64,000 bases of DNA from Lama guanicoe (taxonomy: Eukaryota), in assembly GCA_013239625.1 (NCBI GenBank), contig MU057347.1, positions 13,349,388-13,413,387 of the forward strand, read 5' to 3'. Numbering within the stretch: the stretch's first letter is position 1; each line of letters opens with the position of its first letter. A program made the position numbers and the translations under genes. The notes under the pieces were generated by a model, which saw nothing but the letters and a program-made list of their open reading frames with translations, made no database searches and was not told the DNA's origin. Shown piece by piece: positions 1 through 13,215 of this stretch.

Positions 1-1309
1 AATGGCAATGGAAACAGAGACACGTGAGGTGGCCCGGGGAGGGCTGCGCCGCGGCCGTTCCCCGTAGGCCCCCAGCTCGTGCTGTGTGCTCAGCCAAGCG
101 CCCAGGGAGCCCTGCTGCCTCCTCCCTCCGGTGTGCTGCTGCCACAGGAAGCACTCACACTCCCTGCCCCTCAAAGCCCTTTACATTCGCTGCGAGAGCA
201 TATTCTGAAGGTACTTTCAGAGTCCAGATACCTTGTTATCGCAGCAAAAATCAGGACTGCACCCTCTTGGAGGGACCTACAGTCCTTGGAGGCGCTGAGA
301 AGCAATATGAACCGGGTTACACATGCAGCAGAGAACATGCATTTTTAAGGGCAGTGGAATGACCCCATGTCATCATACCTGTGGCAGGTGGCCCAACCTC
401 AGGCCACTGTGCAGAAGGCAGGCAGAACGACTCCGTGATGTTTGTGTACTGACAGGTGGATTGTGCCATTGGGCTAACAGGCAGAACAACAACGTATTCT
501 ATGAAGGACAGGCAACCCACGTTTTGTTCCATCAGGACGACGTATGCCTGGCACTGTACTGAGGACCGGCAGAGCTACACTATTGTACTTGGGACATCAT
601 CCATCAACACTGTATTAACAGAACGACATACTAAAGACAAGCAGATCAATAACGTGTCATCTTTACTGACAGATGGGCCAACAGCATGGCATTGTGCTAA
701 CCAGTGGCTCCACCCAATGTTACTGAACCGAGGAATGGCCAACACCACCATGCTGTTTGGACTAAAATCAGGCAGACCGATGCCAGGTCATCAAACTAGG
801 ACAGGAGGACCAACACCAAGAAATAGACCAGAACTGCTCACAATGCACACGAATACTTATTGCTTTTGTCTGTACTGGCTGCATTGATGGCTGCAGAAAG
901 GAGAGCTGAGCTTTTAGTACAGACAGTGACACTGAAAACACACCAACAGCTGGTTGACAAGAAAGAGAACAGAGTAAAACACCCAGTGCCCAACTGTCTA
1001 CTTCGTTCTTCCGAGATGTTCATGTTTCCTGCACATGTGACTTTAGGAGGCCCCACGCAAGGGCCAAGTACCCTTCCTGATGCAAGAGGGTTAAGGGGAA
1101 GCTTCGGGGGGCAGGGAAGGAGCCCACAGACTTTGACTTGGCAGACAGCAATACCAGCACAGTATCACCCACCGTGGCTGGACACACGCGTGTAGCAAAA
1201 ACCCAACTAGAGTCCCAATGACTGGCCCATGGGAAATCGTGCTTGTTTTAAAGTGCAAGATGTTGACACTGTCCCTGGTAGAAACCTATTTGAAAAACAT
1301 AAAGTGCTT

Positions 1310-1315
1310 TTTATT
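1310..1315 (-). terminator. Candidate proximal polyadenylation signal AATAAA
   Basis: Plus-strand TTTATT; on the minus strand it is followed by U/GU-rich sequence (ttatgtttttcaaataggtttc), ~1 kb after the stop codon. Confidence 0.6.
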
Positions 1316-1480
1316 TTAACTTTTTAAAAACTTGAATACCACAGGAAACAAAAAGAGAATTTCTATTATAGTAAATGCTTTCCCTGCCTCAGCAGGAAGT
1401 ATGTTCAAAAGTCTGAACTGGGCATTTTAATCGGGGATTTTTTTTCTTTCATTTTTTTTTCAGGTTAAAAAAATCAGATT

Positions 1481-1486
1481 TTTATT
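1481..1486 (-). terminator. Candidate polyadenylation signal AATAAA
   Basis: Plus-strand TTTATT; a genomic A-tract follows on the minus strand ~20 nt downstream. Confidence 0.4.
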
Positions 1487-2339
1487 CTGTTCTTCAGTAA
1501 CATACAGTCTCTTTGAATAAGCTATTCTGTTGCATATTTGACACTGGCATATCTTTTGAGTCTACACTAGCGATGTACAGAAAGCATTTTCATTCTACAA
1601 CCCTAAAGCAGTACTCAGAGTTCATACTGTTGGCTGAGTGCCCGCGTTCTTAACCCTTCCCAGATTGCCAGGGGGGCAATTAGAATTGAGTACAAGTGGT
1701 GCAACTCACCCTGATGATATCTCAAAATAAAATCTCAGGTACTACGGAATACTGAAGTCAATGAAGACATTTGAGTAAGGGTTTTGTGCTGGGACTGTGG
1801 CTTACAGTGCAGCTTTCCCCACGACACGAGCAATTCCCTTTAGCCTTCTAACCATGGGATCCATCCAGGAGGTGATGGACAGAAGTTCCTAGAGGTGGCC
1901 AGGCAACACCCGAAACCAGATTGGTCAACCCACTCTTTTAACACCAGCCACTTGTTCCAGCGTGCTTCTCCAGCTGAAGCCAGGAGGGATGGAGATGCTG
2001 CCCTCAGAGGCTGTGATGGAGAGCCATGAGAGAAGGATGGGGAGTAGGTGGCCTTGGTTGTGTCTAGAATGTGGAAGTGGTGGCTATGAGTTCTGCTCTT
2101 GTCATCTTCCAAAGAGGGCAGTGGAATCATTACAAGGAGGTGCCATACCCTATGGCTTGGCCAACTTCATTCTGATGGACCTGCTCCAGCTCTCAAGATT
2201 TTAAGGGAGATTTCTCTGGAGTCTCTCCTCTTTCTGGGGGCTTTGCAGAGCCTTTCTGTTTCAGAGTTCATGCAGCAGGTAAGCTGAACAGCACTCCTCT
2301 TTGGACCTTGTCACAAGTCTCTCCTCCATGTGGGGTGGT

Positions 2340-4385
<2,046 letters not shown>

Positions 4386-4577
4386 ACCAATGGGATGGTC
4401 ATCCTAACACTCGGTCTACAGGACGCTTCTCAACACTCAGGAGCATTTTCATATCGCATTAATCACTTAATGACTGGATGTTTGAGCTAAAAAGATTATT
4501 TATTCAAATCCATTTATCATACAGATGTGAAAACCAGACGCAGAGAATTAAAACGATATAAAACTAATCATCAAGCC

Positions 4578-4799
4578 CAGGAGTCAGCAAACTTTTTCCA
4601 TCAAGGGCCAGATAGTAAATATTTAGACTTTGAAGCCCATGAATTCCTTGTTGGCAACCACTCAACTCTGCAGCTGTAGCAGGAAAGCAGCCTTAGATAA
4701 TGTAGAAATGAGTGAGTGTGGCTGTTTCAGTAAAACTTTATTTACAAAAACAGGCAGTGGATTGAATTTGACCTGCAAGCCATAGTTTGCTGTCTCATG
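4578..4799 (+). mobile_element. MER58A-like hAT-Charlie MITE
   Basis: Termini caggagtcagcaaact...agtttgctgtctcatg; diagnostic internal gggccagatagtaaatattt and aaaactttatttacaaaaacaggc; flanked by a TCTAGA-type target. Confidence 0.85.
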
Positions 4800-4871
4800 A
4801 TCTAGACCAGTGGTTCATAACTATTATGGGATGGGGTACTGCTCTCACGACACGTTATTAATGATCACAAC

Positions 4872-5078
4872 AATAGTTAACCTTTATCGAGTGTTCGTGG
4901 TATACTTGGTAGTGTGTTTGTCACTTTCCCTGCAGTACTTCATTTCGTTCTTACAACAACTCCATTAAGTATCGTGCCACCAACGAACAGATGAGGAAAC
5001 TTAGGCTTGCAAAGCTACTAGGTTGCAGAGCCAGGATTTTAACCCAGGTCTGTCTGACCCCAGTACATGAGCTCTTAA
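4872..5078 (-). mobile_element. MIR SINE
   Basis: Core acagatgaggaaact...gagccaggattttaacccaggtctgtctgac. Confidence 0.8.
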
Positions 5079-5884
5079 AGCTGTGTTAGAAATGAGATGA
5101 AAGCTACAGACATTTTGGCTAAATACACATGGTTTTGCAGGTTATTTCCAGGGAGGCATAGACATCCTGGTCTCATGTTATTAACACCTGATTAGGACTA
5201 CGAATTCTTGAGGCTGAGGATCATGGATCAAGAGAAGGGTCTGGCCCAGAGAAAGGGCTCACTGGATATTTGCTGGAATTAATGGAACTCTAGCCAGTTA
5301 CAGCTTATGCAGAAATGCAAGCAGATATGATAAACTGCTCTGGGGTCTTTTCTTCAAAAATATAAATTCAATCACATCACTCTCTTATGTAATAAAATCT
5401 GTAGGATTCTTCAGGAAAAAAATTTAACTCCTAAATTAATCTAACAGACTTCCTCCCCAACTCCCCCAAAAGCTGTCCACTCTTTTGATAGACTTGCCCC
5501 TCTGTTTTTGCTGCCCCTGCTCAAGGGCTGGGCCAGTCTCCATGCTTGTGTCCTTTGATCCTGGGTACCGCTGACTGGCCCAGACGTGGACAGAAAATCC
5601 AGGCTGAGCTGAACCAGCCTACTGTGGAAAATCTGAGTTCAGGGATCCAGGAGTGAGTGGATTATGGGATGGAGAGCCTCTGAATTAAACAGTCAAGTAC
5701 AATCTAGGCCTAAACCAGCTTCATGATAAGCCCAAGCCTCAAGCAACTTGTCTCCCAAGTTGTAGGGGAACAGAAAAGCCATAAAAATCAGAGAAAGCTG
5801 AACCTTTGCGAGAAGTCAGAGATTAAAGGGAAGAGGCAGAGAAGAGTAGTGAGGACACAGGAGGTTTGAAAAAGGGTGTAGAGA

Positions 5885-6120
5885 GCCACAGTTAGGAGCT
5901 TGGGCTCCGGTGTCAAGCTGTTTAGGGTTCAAGTCTCAACTGCCACTTCCTTACCTTGAGCCAGGTATTTAACCTAAGCCTCAGTTTCTTCTTCTGCAAA
6001 ATGGGGTGATAACAGTCTCTACCTCAGAGAGCTGCTGTGAAGATTAAATGTGTTAACACATGCAAAGCACTTAGGACAGCTTCCAGCAGCACCTAGTGAA
6101 TGTCTATAAGTGTCAGCTAA
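5885..6120 (+). mobile_element. MIR SINE, near full length
   Basis: gggttcaagtctcaactgccact...gcctcagtttc...aaaatgggg...aaagcacttag. Confidence 0.85.
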
Positions 6121-6597
6121 CATCATGGAGGAACTATCTCAGTCCACACCACCCTTCTGCCCAGACCACTGAGCTTCCGAGTGGCTGGCTAGTCTTCGCT
6201 TCTAGTCCTTGTTCTGAAACTGCCTGCTGTATCCTGGAAGTGAACACTGCTGCTGCTTTGGTAAGCATGGGAGGTTTCTGTCCCCTGCAATGAATCCTCA
6301 GTCAGGACTCGCGGTTGCCAAGTCCCTCTGCATTGTGACTCTGACCCCTCTCTTTGGCCTCTCAGGCCACAGGTTCCTAAACGTCACGTTTCTCCAACCA
6401 CACACTATTGGTCAATTCTGCAGGTCTGTGTTTCTTCCTCTCTGTCCAGTGAACTCCAATTCATCCTTTAAAACCCAGCCCGCATGGCCCCTCCCAGCAG
6501 AGGTCATCTCTGGAGGGGCCAGCCACTCCATCGTCTGGTCTCCTTCATCATTTTGCCATGCCTTGTGGGTATTTATCACACATAGCCTATTACAGGG

Positions 6598-6655
<58 letters not shown>
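6598..6655 (+). repeat. Compound microsatellite (TG)10(AG)18
   Basis: Read directly. Confidence 0.97.
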
Positions 6656-6658
<3 letters not shown>

Positions 6659-7079
6659 TGTTCATTCCTGCCCAGAATCTGTTAGCTTTAGGGGGACAGG
6701 GATGGGTCCTGAGATTCTCTTCTGCACCCCCAGCACCTATACTAGGGTGGCTCCTCCCACTGTGTTTGTTGGCTGTGGCTCAAGTTCATGGAGCACAAAT
6801 GGAAGGGCCAGACAGGATTCAGTTTTCAATCTGGCTACTGTTTATTAATCATTTGCTATGTGTGAGGTATTTTGCAAGGTGCTGGGGCTACTGAGAGAGC
6901 TCTGGTGTTTTCTAGGCCAGCTTGGAAGATGAAAGCATTTCTCCAACCTCAGCTGTTCTACCAAATTCCTGAACTTTTTGCTATAGCTGTGTCCGACATG
7001 CCCCACATCTTTAAACAAAAACAAAACAGAAAGCTTTTGAGCTTCAATTTCTTGATTTGCACTCATTGAAAAAGCAAAA

Positions 7080-7520
7080 TTTTGTAACTTTCTAAAATGA
7101 CATACATCAAACGTACAAAAGTAGATCTAATTTTTTATATATTTATGAACCATAATCAAACGAATACCTCTGAACCCACCATCAAAAAACAGAACGTGTA
7201 ACAGTATGTGTGTGTCCTTCACCATGCCTGAGAGAAATCGGAATTTTTCCTCATCCTTTTTCTTTTCTGTATAGTTTTTTAATACAAATGTATGTGTCCC
7301 TAAATAAATTATTGTTTCGTTTTGCTTGGTTTTGACATCATATTTGTGTTCTGCTACACTTTCCTTAAGATTAAAAAAAAAAAACTCCTCACCTTCGTTT
7401 TATTTTAGCCTTGTCCTGAGAAATAATATTTGTAAAACTGCTGATTTTGCATGCTAGGGGTATCTGTATCAAATATTCATTAAAGTAAATAGGTGACTGT
7501 TGGAATAAAACATTCTGGCA
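7080..7520 (-). mobile_element. Degenerate L1ME-like 3' fragment
   Basis: AT-rich, with remnants such as gaatacctctgaacccaccatcaaaaaacagaac typical of an antisense L1ME 3' end. Confidence 0.5.
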
Positions 7521-7663
7521 GCACACTTGGGAACTCCTGCATTCGAGGTTAAGAGTGTGGGTCCTGGAGTCGGAATCCAGCTCTGCCATTTATTGGCTGG
7601 GTGTCCTGGAGCACTGAAACTTTCCTTGCCTCCAGTTTCCTTATTTGTCAAATGGGGATCTTC

Positions 7664-7885
7664 TAGTGGTTCTTCATGGGGGATGATTTTGACCCCTGCC
7701 CAGAGGACATTTGGCAAATTCTGCAGAAATTTTTGGTTGTCATGACTTGTGGGGGGAGTGCTGCTGGGAGCTTGGTGGGTAGCAGCCAGGGATGCTGTTA
7801 AATATCCTGTAATGCACAGGACAGCCCCCACAATGGAGAATTATCAGGCCCCAAATATTAATAGTACCAAAGTTGAGAAACCCTA
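7664..7885 (+). mobile_element. MER20 hAT-Charlie element, adjacent to a MIR (7545-7660)
   Basis: agtggttct...ggacatttggcaa...gccagggatgctgttaaatatcct...gttgagaaaccct. Confidence 0.9.
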
Positions 7886-9689
7886 GGACATACCAGTGGG
7901 CAGCCCCTCAGACGCTGTGGAATAGGGGAAAGGAGGCTGTCTGTTAGCACAGACCTAGGCACAGAGTAGTGGGTCCGACCTCACAGGGCAGCCAGCCAGG
8001 ATTTTGGGCTGAGCCTCCCAGTGGAGCTGCTGCAGTTTCTGACTCCTGGCCTGGAGGTGGGGCTGCAGGAGAAGGAGCAGACTCCGAGGAGTCTGTTCCT
8101 TTAAGAGCGGGGAGGTCTCGGTTCCCCCAGAGGCTGGCAGGGGATGCCTGCTCCAGTTTCTAACCCTCAGACGACTCCAGGGAAGGCCCACGTAATTGAT
8201 GTCTGCTGACAGACGCATGAATTATGCACCCAGTTATTGTCAGTCCTTAGCGCTGTTATTCTAAGGCGGGCACCGCCTTTGTACCTAAGAATATGCTCTC
8301 CCCTCCCCTCCTCTTAGCCTGAGGATGCTTAGGAGAGAAGAAAATGGGGCAGAACCCTCACTGCATCCTGGACTGGGGATGTCTGCTGCTCAGGGTTGGG
8401 TTGGGAGGGTCAGAGTGTGGCAGGGGCTCCCTCCCTTCCTGGTGCAAGCTCACATCAAATAGCACGTGTGCTAATTGGCTGTGAGGGTCTCCTCTGACTC
8501 TCCCCTCTTACATTTCTTTCTCTTCCAGACCCACTGAAGCCCTTAGGGTCAGGGGTCCACTTCCTGGCTGGGGAGCTTCTGAACATCAGTGCCTCAGTTT
8601 CCTCAACTTTAAGATGGGGGTTGGTGGTCTGGGCAAGGCTGCAAAGAGAATTCAATGCATTCACAAGGCCCTTAGATCAACTTGAATTGCTTTTATTATT
8701 TTCCAGCCTTATACTTATTTATAAGCTGGCTGGACTTGGGTTTGAGGACTAGTGCTGTTAGTCCCCTCTGGCTGTGTGGCCATGGGCAGATCACTTCTCC
8801 TCTCTGAGCCTCCATTTCTTTATCTCTAAAATGGAGATGAAAGTAATTGAGCACTTATCACTTAATAGCCATTTAATATATATTATGTTATCACATTGCT
8901 ATTTGGGTAATTTATTGTCACCCTTACCCCCAGCCTCTGGACTGGTTGCTTTTGGAGGCCCAGAACTAGGTCTGTGGTCATCGCCTGGTTAAGGCAGCAG
9001 GTATTTTCTAAACAGTCTTGAACCCAAGTGAACAGTATTAATCTGGTCTCTGGGATGGGTCCCAGGGATGGGGGACCAGCCAGCACTGAGTCCTCCCGGG
9101 CCCAGCTTAAACCCCTGACCAGACCTCTGCATTTCCAGCCTTGCTTTCCTGGGATCTGAGCCCAACTGGGTTTGGGCAGGATTCCAGGAACCCAGAGAGC
9201 AGAGGCAGGAACCAGGACCAGTACTTAGGTCTGTCCCCAAATCCCCTCCTTGCGAGGAGGTTCTGAATCCTGCAGCCCACTTGTCTGCACCAAATGTGGG
9301 AGGGGTCTTTGGCCCTCTCAGAGACGAGATTAGCAGGTAGGAGTACCCAGAGTGGGACTCAAGAGTGCTGGAGCCAGGCCCTTCTCATCCTAAAAAAAGC
9401 TGTTGGCTCTGGTGGTTGATCACAGGATGCCTACCTTTGGCTCCAGCAATAAACAGACTGTTTATCATTTGCTCCGCACACTCCCCTGCTCTTCCAGGAA
9501 TGTGGACAAGGCACAGAACGTTTGTACAGAAAAGGGCCCAGACTCCTCTCTGGAAAGATGGGGAGACTCAAGCAGAGAAGGGAAGGGGCTAGTCTATGGT
9601 CATACAGCGCATCGGGGGTCAGGTCTGTATAGTGATGCCAGAAGCTCTGGTGAGCTGAGCTCCACCAAGTGCTCAGGTCCTGCAAACTG

Positions 9690-10165
9690 CTCTCATACAT
9701 ACACCTGTTTCACAGCAGCATTACTTCCAAGAGCCAAAAAGTGAAATCAACCTGAATGCCCATTAAGCGATGGATAAANNNNNNNNNNNNNNNNNNNNNN
9801 NNNNNNNNNNNNNNNNNNNNNNNNNNNNNNNNNNNNNNNNNNNNNNNNNNNNNNNNNNNNNNNNNNNNNNNNNNNNNNNNNNNNNNNNNNNNNNNNNNNN
9901 NNNNNNNNNNNNNNNNNNNNNNNNNNNNNNNNNNNNNNNNNNNNNNNNNNNNNNNNNNNNNNNNNNNNNNNNNNNNNNNNNNNNNNNNNNGATAGGGATT
10001 AACAGTGAATGGACATGAGGGCGCTCATTGGGATGATGACGATGTTCTAAAACTGATTTAAGGTGATGGTTGCACAACTTGGAAAACTGACTAAAAAATC
10101 ATTAGATTGCTCCCTGGACTGTGGGTGAATTATATGCTATGTAAAAATAAGCCTCAGTAAAGTCA
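9690..10165 (+). mobile_element. L1MB-like LINE-1 3' end interrupted by an assembly gap
   Basis: cacagcagcattacttccaagagccaaaaagtg...ggataaa / gttctaaaactgat...gatggttgcacaact...gggtgaattatatg. Confidence 0.85.
9779..9990. other. Assembly gap (212 N)
   Basis: Run of N. Confidence 0.99.
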
Positions 10166-10334
10166 TATAAAAAGTTGCTTTCCATAAAGAGTATCCCATT
10201 GCCTTTAATCCTCTCAGCCACACTGATGGGCCACAGGAGAGAAGCAGAAATCTGAGCAAGCCACAGCCCTGCTGTAAACCCTGCAGTGGTTCCTCATGTT
10301 CTTGGATAAAGTTCCGATTCCTTTGCATTTAGTT

Positions 10335-10750
10335 GGCATATATTTACTGAGCACTTACTAAATGCTATGCTAGTGGTTGGGGATGTAGATGGCCTTAAGG
10401 AGCTGGTAGGCGAAGGCAGACAAAAAAACCCCCATAAACCAATAAAGGAGCAAGATGATGTCAGAGAGTGTTATTGAGAAAAACAAACCAGCAGCATCAG
10501 TAGAGAAGTACTGGAGGTGTCCACAGGAGGTTGGGTGGTCAGGGCAGGCCTTTCACAGGAGATGCCCTGGTTCTGAGACTTGAAGGTAAGGAGTGTGTCC
10601 TTCAAAGATCTGAGCATTCCAGGTAAAAGCATGGCATGTGCAAAGGCCCTGGGGTGGGAATGAGCTTGGCATATTAGCAACAGAAGGAAGCTCAGTGTGA
10701 GTGGGGCTGCATGAGCAAGGGGGACAGTGGGAGGAGATGAGGTCAGAGGG
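10335..10750 (-). mobile_element. L2 LINE fragment
   Basis: atttactgagcacttact...gtggtcagggcaggcct...tgtgcaaaggccctggggtgggaa. Confidence 0.8.
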
Positions 10751-10819
10751 GCAGGAAGCATCATTAGATTTGGATTTTATATTAAGGCCACCTTCCTTTT
10801 CTCTCCAGATCATTTCCTC

Positions 10820-11258
10820 CAATTCCCACTGCATAATCCATACTGAATCCTAGCAAAACCACTTACAATTCCGAAGGCGCACCGCCATGCTTCCTCACAC
10901 CTCCAGATCCTCGCCAACGCTGTTCTCCATGCCTGGAGTGCCCTTCCTCCTCCCTTCTCCTGGCTGATTGCTACTGCCAGTTCAGCCCTCAGCTCAGGGG
11001 CCACTTGCTCCAGCGAGCCCTCCTGACCCCCAGGTCTGGGCTGAGAATGTCATCCTCTGGACTCTCACAGCCTCTGGGCTTCTCCTGTTACAGCACTGAT
11101 CTTGCTAAGTTGGAATTTTCTCCTCTGCGTCCTGCAATAGAATGTCTGCTCCAAGAGGGCCCAGGCTGGGTTTTCTTGCACTGCTGTACCCTCAGCTCCT
11201 GAAAAAGTGCCTGGTGCAGAGCAGCCACTCCCTAAATAGTTAATAAATGAATGAACAA
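10820..11258 (+). mobile_element. L2 LINE 3' fragment
   Basis: gcctggagtgcccttcct...aagtgcctgg...taaatgaatgaac tail. Confidence 0.75.
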
Positions 11259-11789
11259 GCCAAAGAATGAAATGGAGGCTCAGAGAATGAAGTGACTTTT
11301 CCAGGGCCACACAACTTGCAAGGGGTAGATCTGGGACTCCAGCTCAGGTCTGGGTGCCTCCTTTTCAAGGACGCAGGAGGCAGCGGCTCCTGGACCAGTA
11401 AACCTTTCGCTCCTTTTATGGTACTTCCGCTTCCCCAGCTTTAAGGGGGAATTACAGACGGGGAGTTTTAATCAGAAGGGTCACTGGCTCAGATCCGATT
11501 AAGGGGATTGGGAGCAGGCTGATGGTTTTGACTCCCTCTCCTACAGGTAGGGGCCTCTGGTGAGAGTTGGTGAGAAATTGGAGTCAGAAGCCTGCAGGGA
11601 GTACTCATGGGCACAAAGGAACTCAGGGATCCTGTGCTTGGACAAGAGGATGAAGGCCTCAGGGTGAGCTCGGCAAAAGGGGCCTTCACCATGAGAGGGC
11701 AACCGAGTCACAAAGGTGGAAACGGGGCACAGTTGCACTGCTCGGGGTGTCCCAGGCTTTATAACCAGAGGTCTTGGGACTGAGAAATT

Positions 11790-12035
11790 TATTTTTATTT
11801 TCCCAAGTTTCAGAGTTAGGAAATTTCACATAAAAATCTAGATTTTCAGATTCCCTTGGATCATCAGATGCTGTGTCTACATTCAGCCTGCCTTCCTGAT
11901 GGCAACCACTTGCCGGTGCTAAGGAACAGCTGCTGCTTCAGACCGGGCAAGGCCCTCCCAGTGTGCCACAGGCCCCTTCACCCCTTTTTAAAATCTGTCA
12001 GGTGTCTGTAGGGGTTGTGTTTGCCAGCCCGGACC
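11790..12035 (+). mobile_element. MER102-like hAT-Charlie element
   Basis: aaatttcacataaaaatctagattttcag...atggcaacc...tgccacaggcccc. Confidence 0.7.
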
Positions 12036-12344
12036 CACTGCTGTGATACTGAAGACAGCAACACTTACTGATCTGCTACCCTATGTGAAGAACTTTCCAG
12101 ATAAGATCTGCATCTAATTGCATAAGCCAGGAACCTAGGGGTCACGTTTGCCATATCCAGCCCCATCCTTTGCCTTCATATCCAAACCATCTCAAGTGTT
12201 GTCCATTCTGGCTCACAACTGTCTTTGGATCTGTTTTATTCTCTCCATCTGCTAAGCCCTACCCTAACCCAAGCCACCGTCGCCTCCCATTAGGCAACTG
12301 CGAACAGACTTCTTTCTAGTTTCTCCAAAGTCACTCTGACCCAT

Positions 12345-12703
12345 TATGGCGAAGACCACTAGATGTCCCCAACATCTACTCTTCCCTTCTTCCATTGTAA
12401 TAGGGTTTTTAGCTGGACCGAGGGCTACCCAGAACGAAGACGACATTTTCCAGCTTCCTCTGCAGTTAGATGTGGCCCTGGGACTAAGCCTGGGCAATGG
12501 AATGTGAGCAAAAATGATGCTTGTCCTCTCTCTTTTTCCTGGGTTTTTTTTTGGTTTTTTTGGGTTTTTTTTGCTGGCTGGGAGCCGGATGTCATGGGCA
12601 GAGCTGGGACAATTATCTCAGATCCAAGATGGAAACTAATCCCAGCACCAGACTAGCCCTTTATGGAAAAAGTTTGCCAACTTCTGGTCTACCTCATAAC
12701 ATA

Positions 12704-12739
<36 letters not shown>

Positions 12740-12790
12740 AGCCACTGTATTTTGGGGTCTCATGGTGACAGTTGCTTAGTCCATACCCCG
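12345..12790. mobile_element. LTR33-like ERVL solo LTR containing a (TC)16 tract (12706-12738)
   Basis: cattttccagcttcctctgcagttagatgtggcc...gcaatggaatgtgagc...aagccactgtatttttgggg. Confidence 0.65.
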
Positions 12791-13215
12791 TCCAGCTCTC
12801 CGGCCTCGTCTGGCTCCACGCTGCCCTTTGCTGTCTCATTTCAGGCACATTAGCCTTCCTTTGGTTCCTCATAGTCTCTACAATCCTTCTTGCCACAAGG
12901 ACTCTGCCCATGCCATTCCTTCTGCCTCGAATGCTTTTTCCTTCACTCTGCTTGGTTAACTCCTACTCATCCTTCTTATCTCAGCTCAGGCATCCCCTCC
13001 TCAGGGAAGCCTTCCTTGACCAGGTCACATCCCCAATTGCAGGCTCTAATAGCACCATGTCCTTCTCCTCATAATGCGACTAAGTTGCAGTTTTACAATA
13101 ATGTCCACCTCTCTCCAATGTAAGGAACCGGAGGATAGGGGTTGTGCCTAAATTTTCTCAAACTTGAATCCTCAGAGCACCCAGTAGGTACTCAATACAT
13201 GTTTATGGAACAAAA
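12790..13215 (+). mobile_element. L2 LINE 3' fragment
   Basis: tctgcctcgaatgct...aactcctactcatcctt...cagtaggtactcaatacatgtt. Confidence 0.8.

Larger units (their letters stand above)
1..2339 (-). other. KCNB1: KCNB1 3' UTR (continues beyond the window in long isoforms)
   Basis: Directly follows the stop codon, has no recognisable repeats (unlike the intron), and contains minus-strand AATAAA signals. Mammalian KCNB1 is known to have a multi-kb 3' UTR. Confidence 0.8.

Noticed and set aside
24-1195. ORFs of 70-143 aa in the 3' UTR region
   Set aside because: No homology I recognise, several use non-ATG starts, and lengths are within chance.
1725-1730. Plus-strand AATAAA in the UTR
   Set aside because: Wrong strand for KCNB1, and no evidence for a convergent transcript.
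6728-6887. Tail-to-tail L2 remnants with an 11-bp inverted repeat (miR-28/151-like origin)
   Set aside because: Arms are ~140 nt apart and too diverged for a pre-miRNA hairpin.
9779-9990. N gap possibly hiding novel sequence (likewise 45544-45735)
   Set aside because: Both gaps fall inside L1MB 3' ends, and their sizes (212, 192) roughly equal the missing segment judged from the intact copy at 52.3-53.0 kb. The X-filled ORFs are artefacts.
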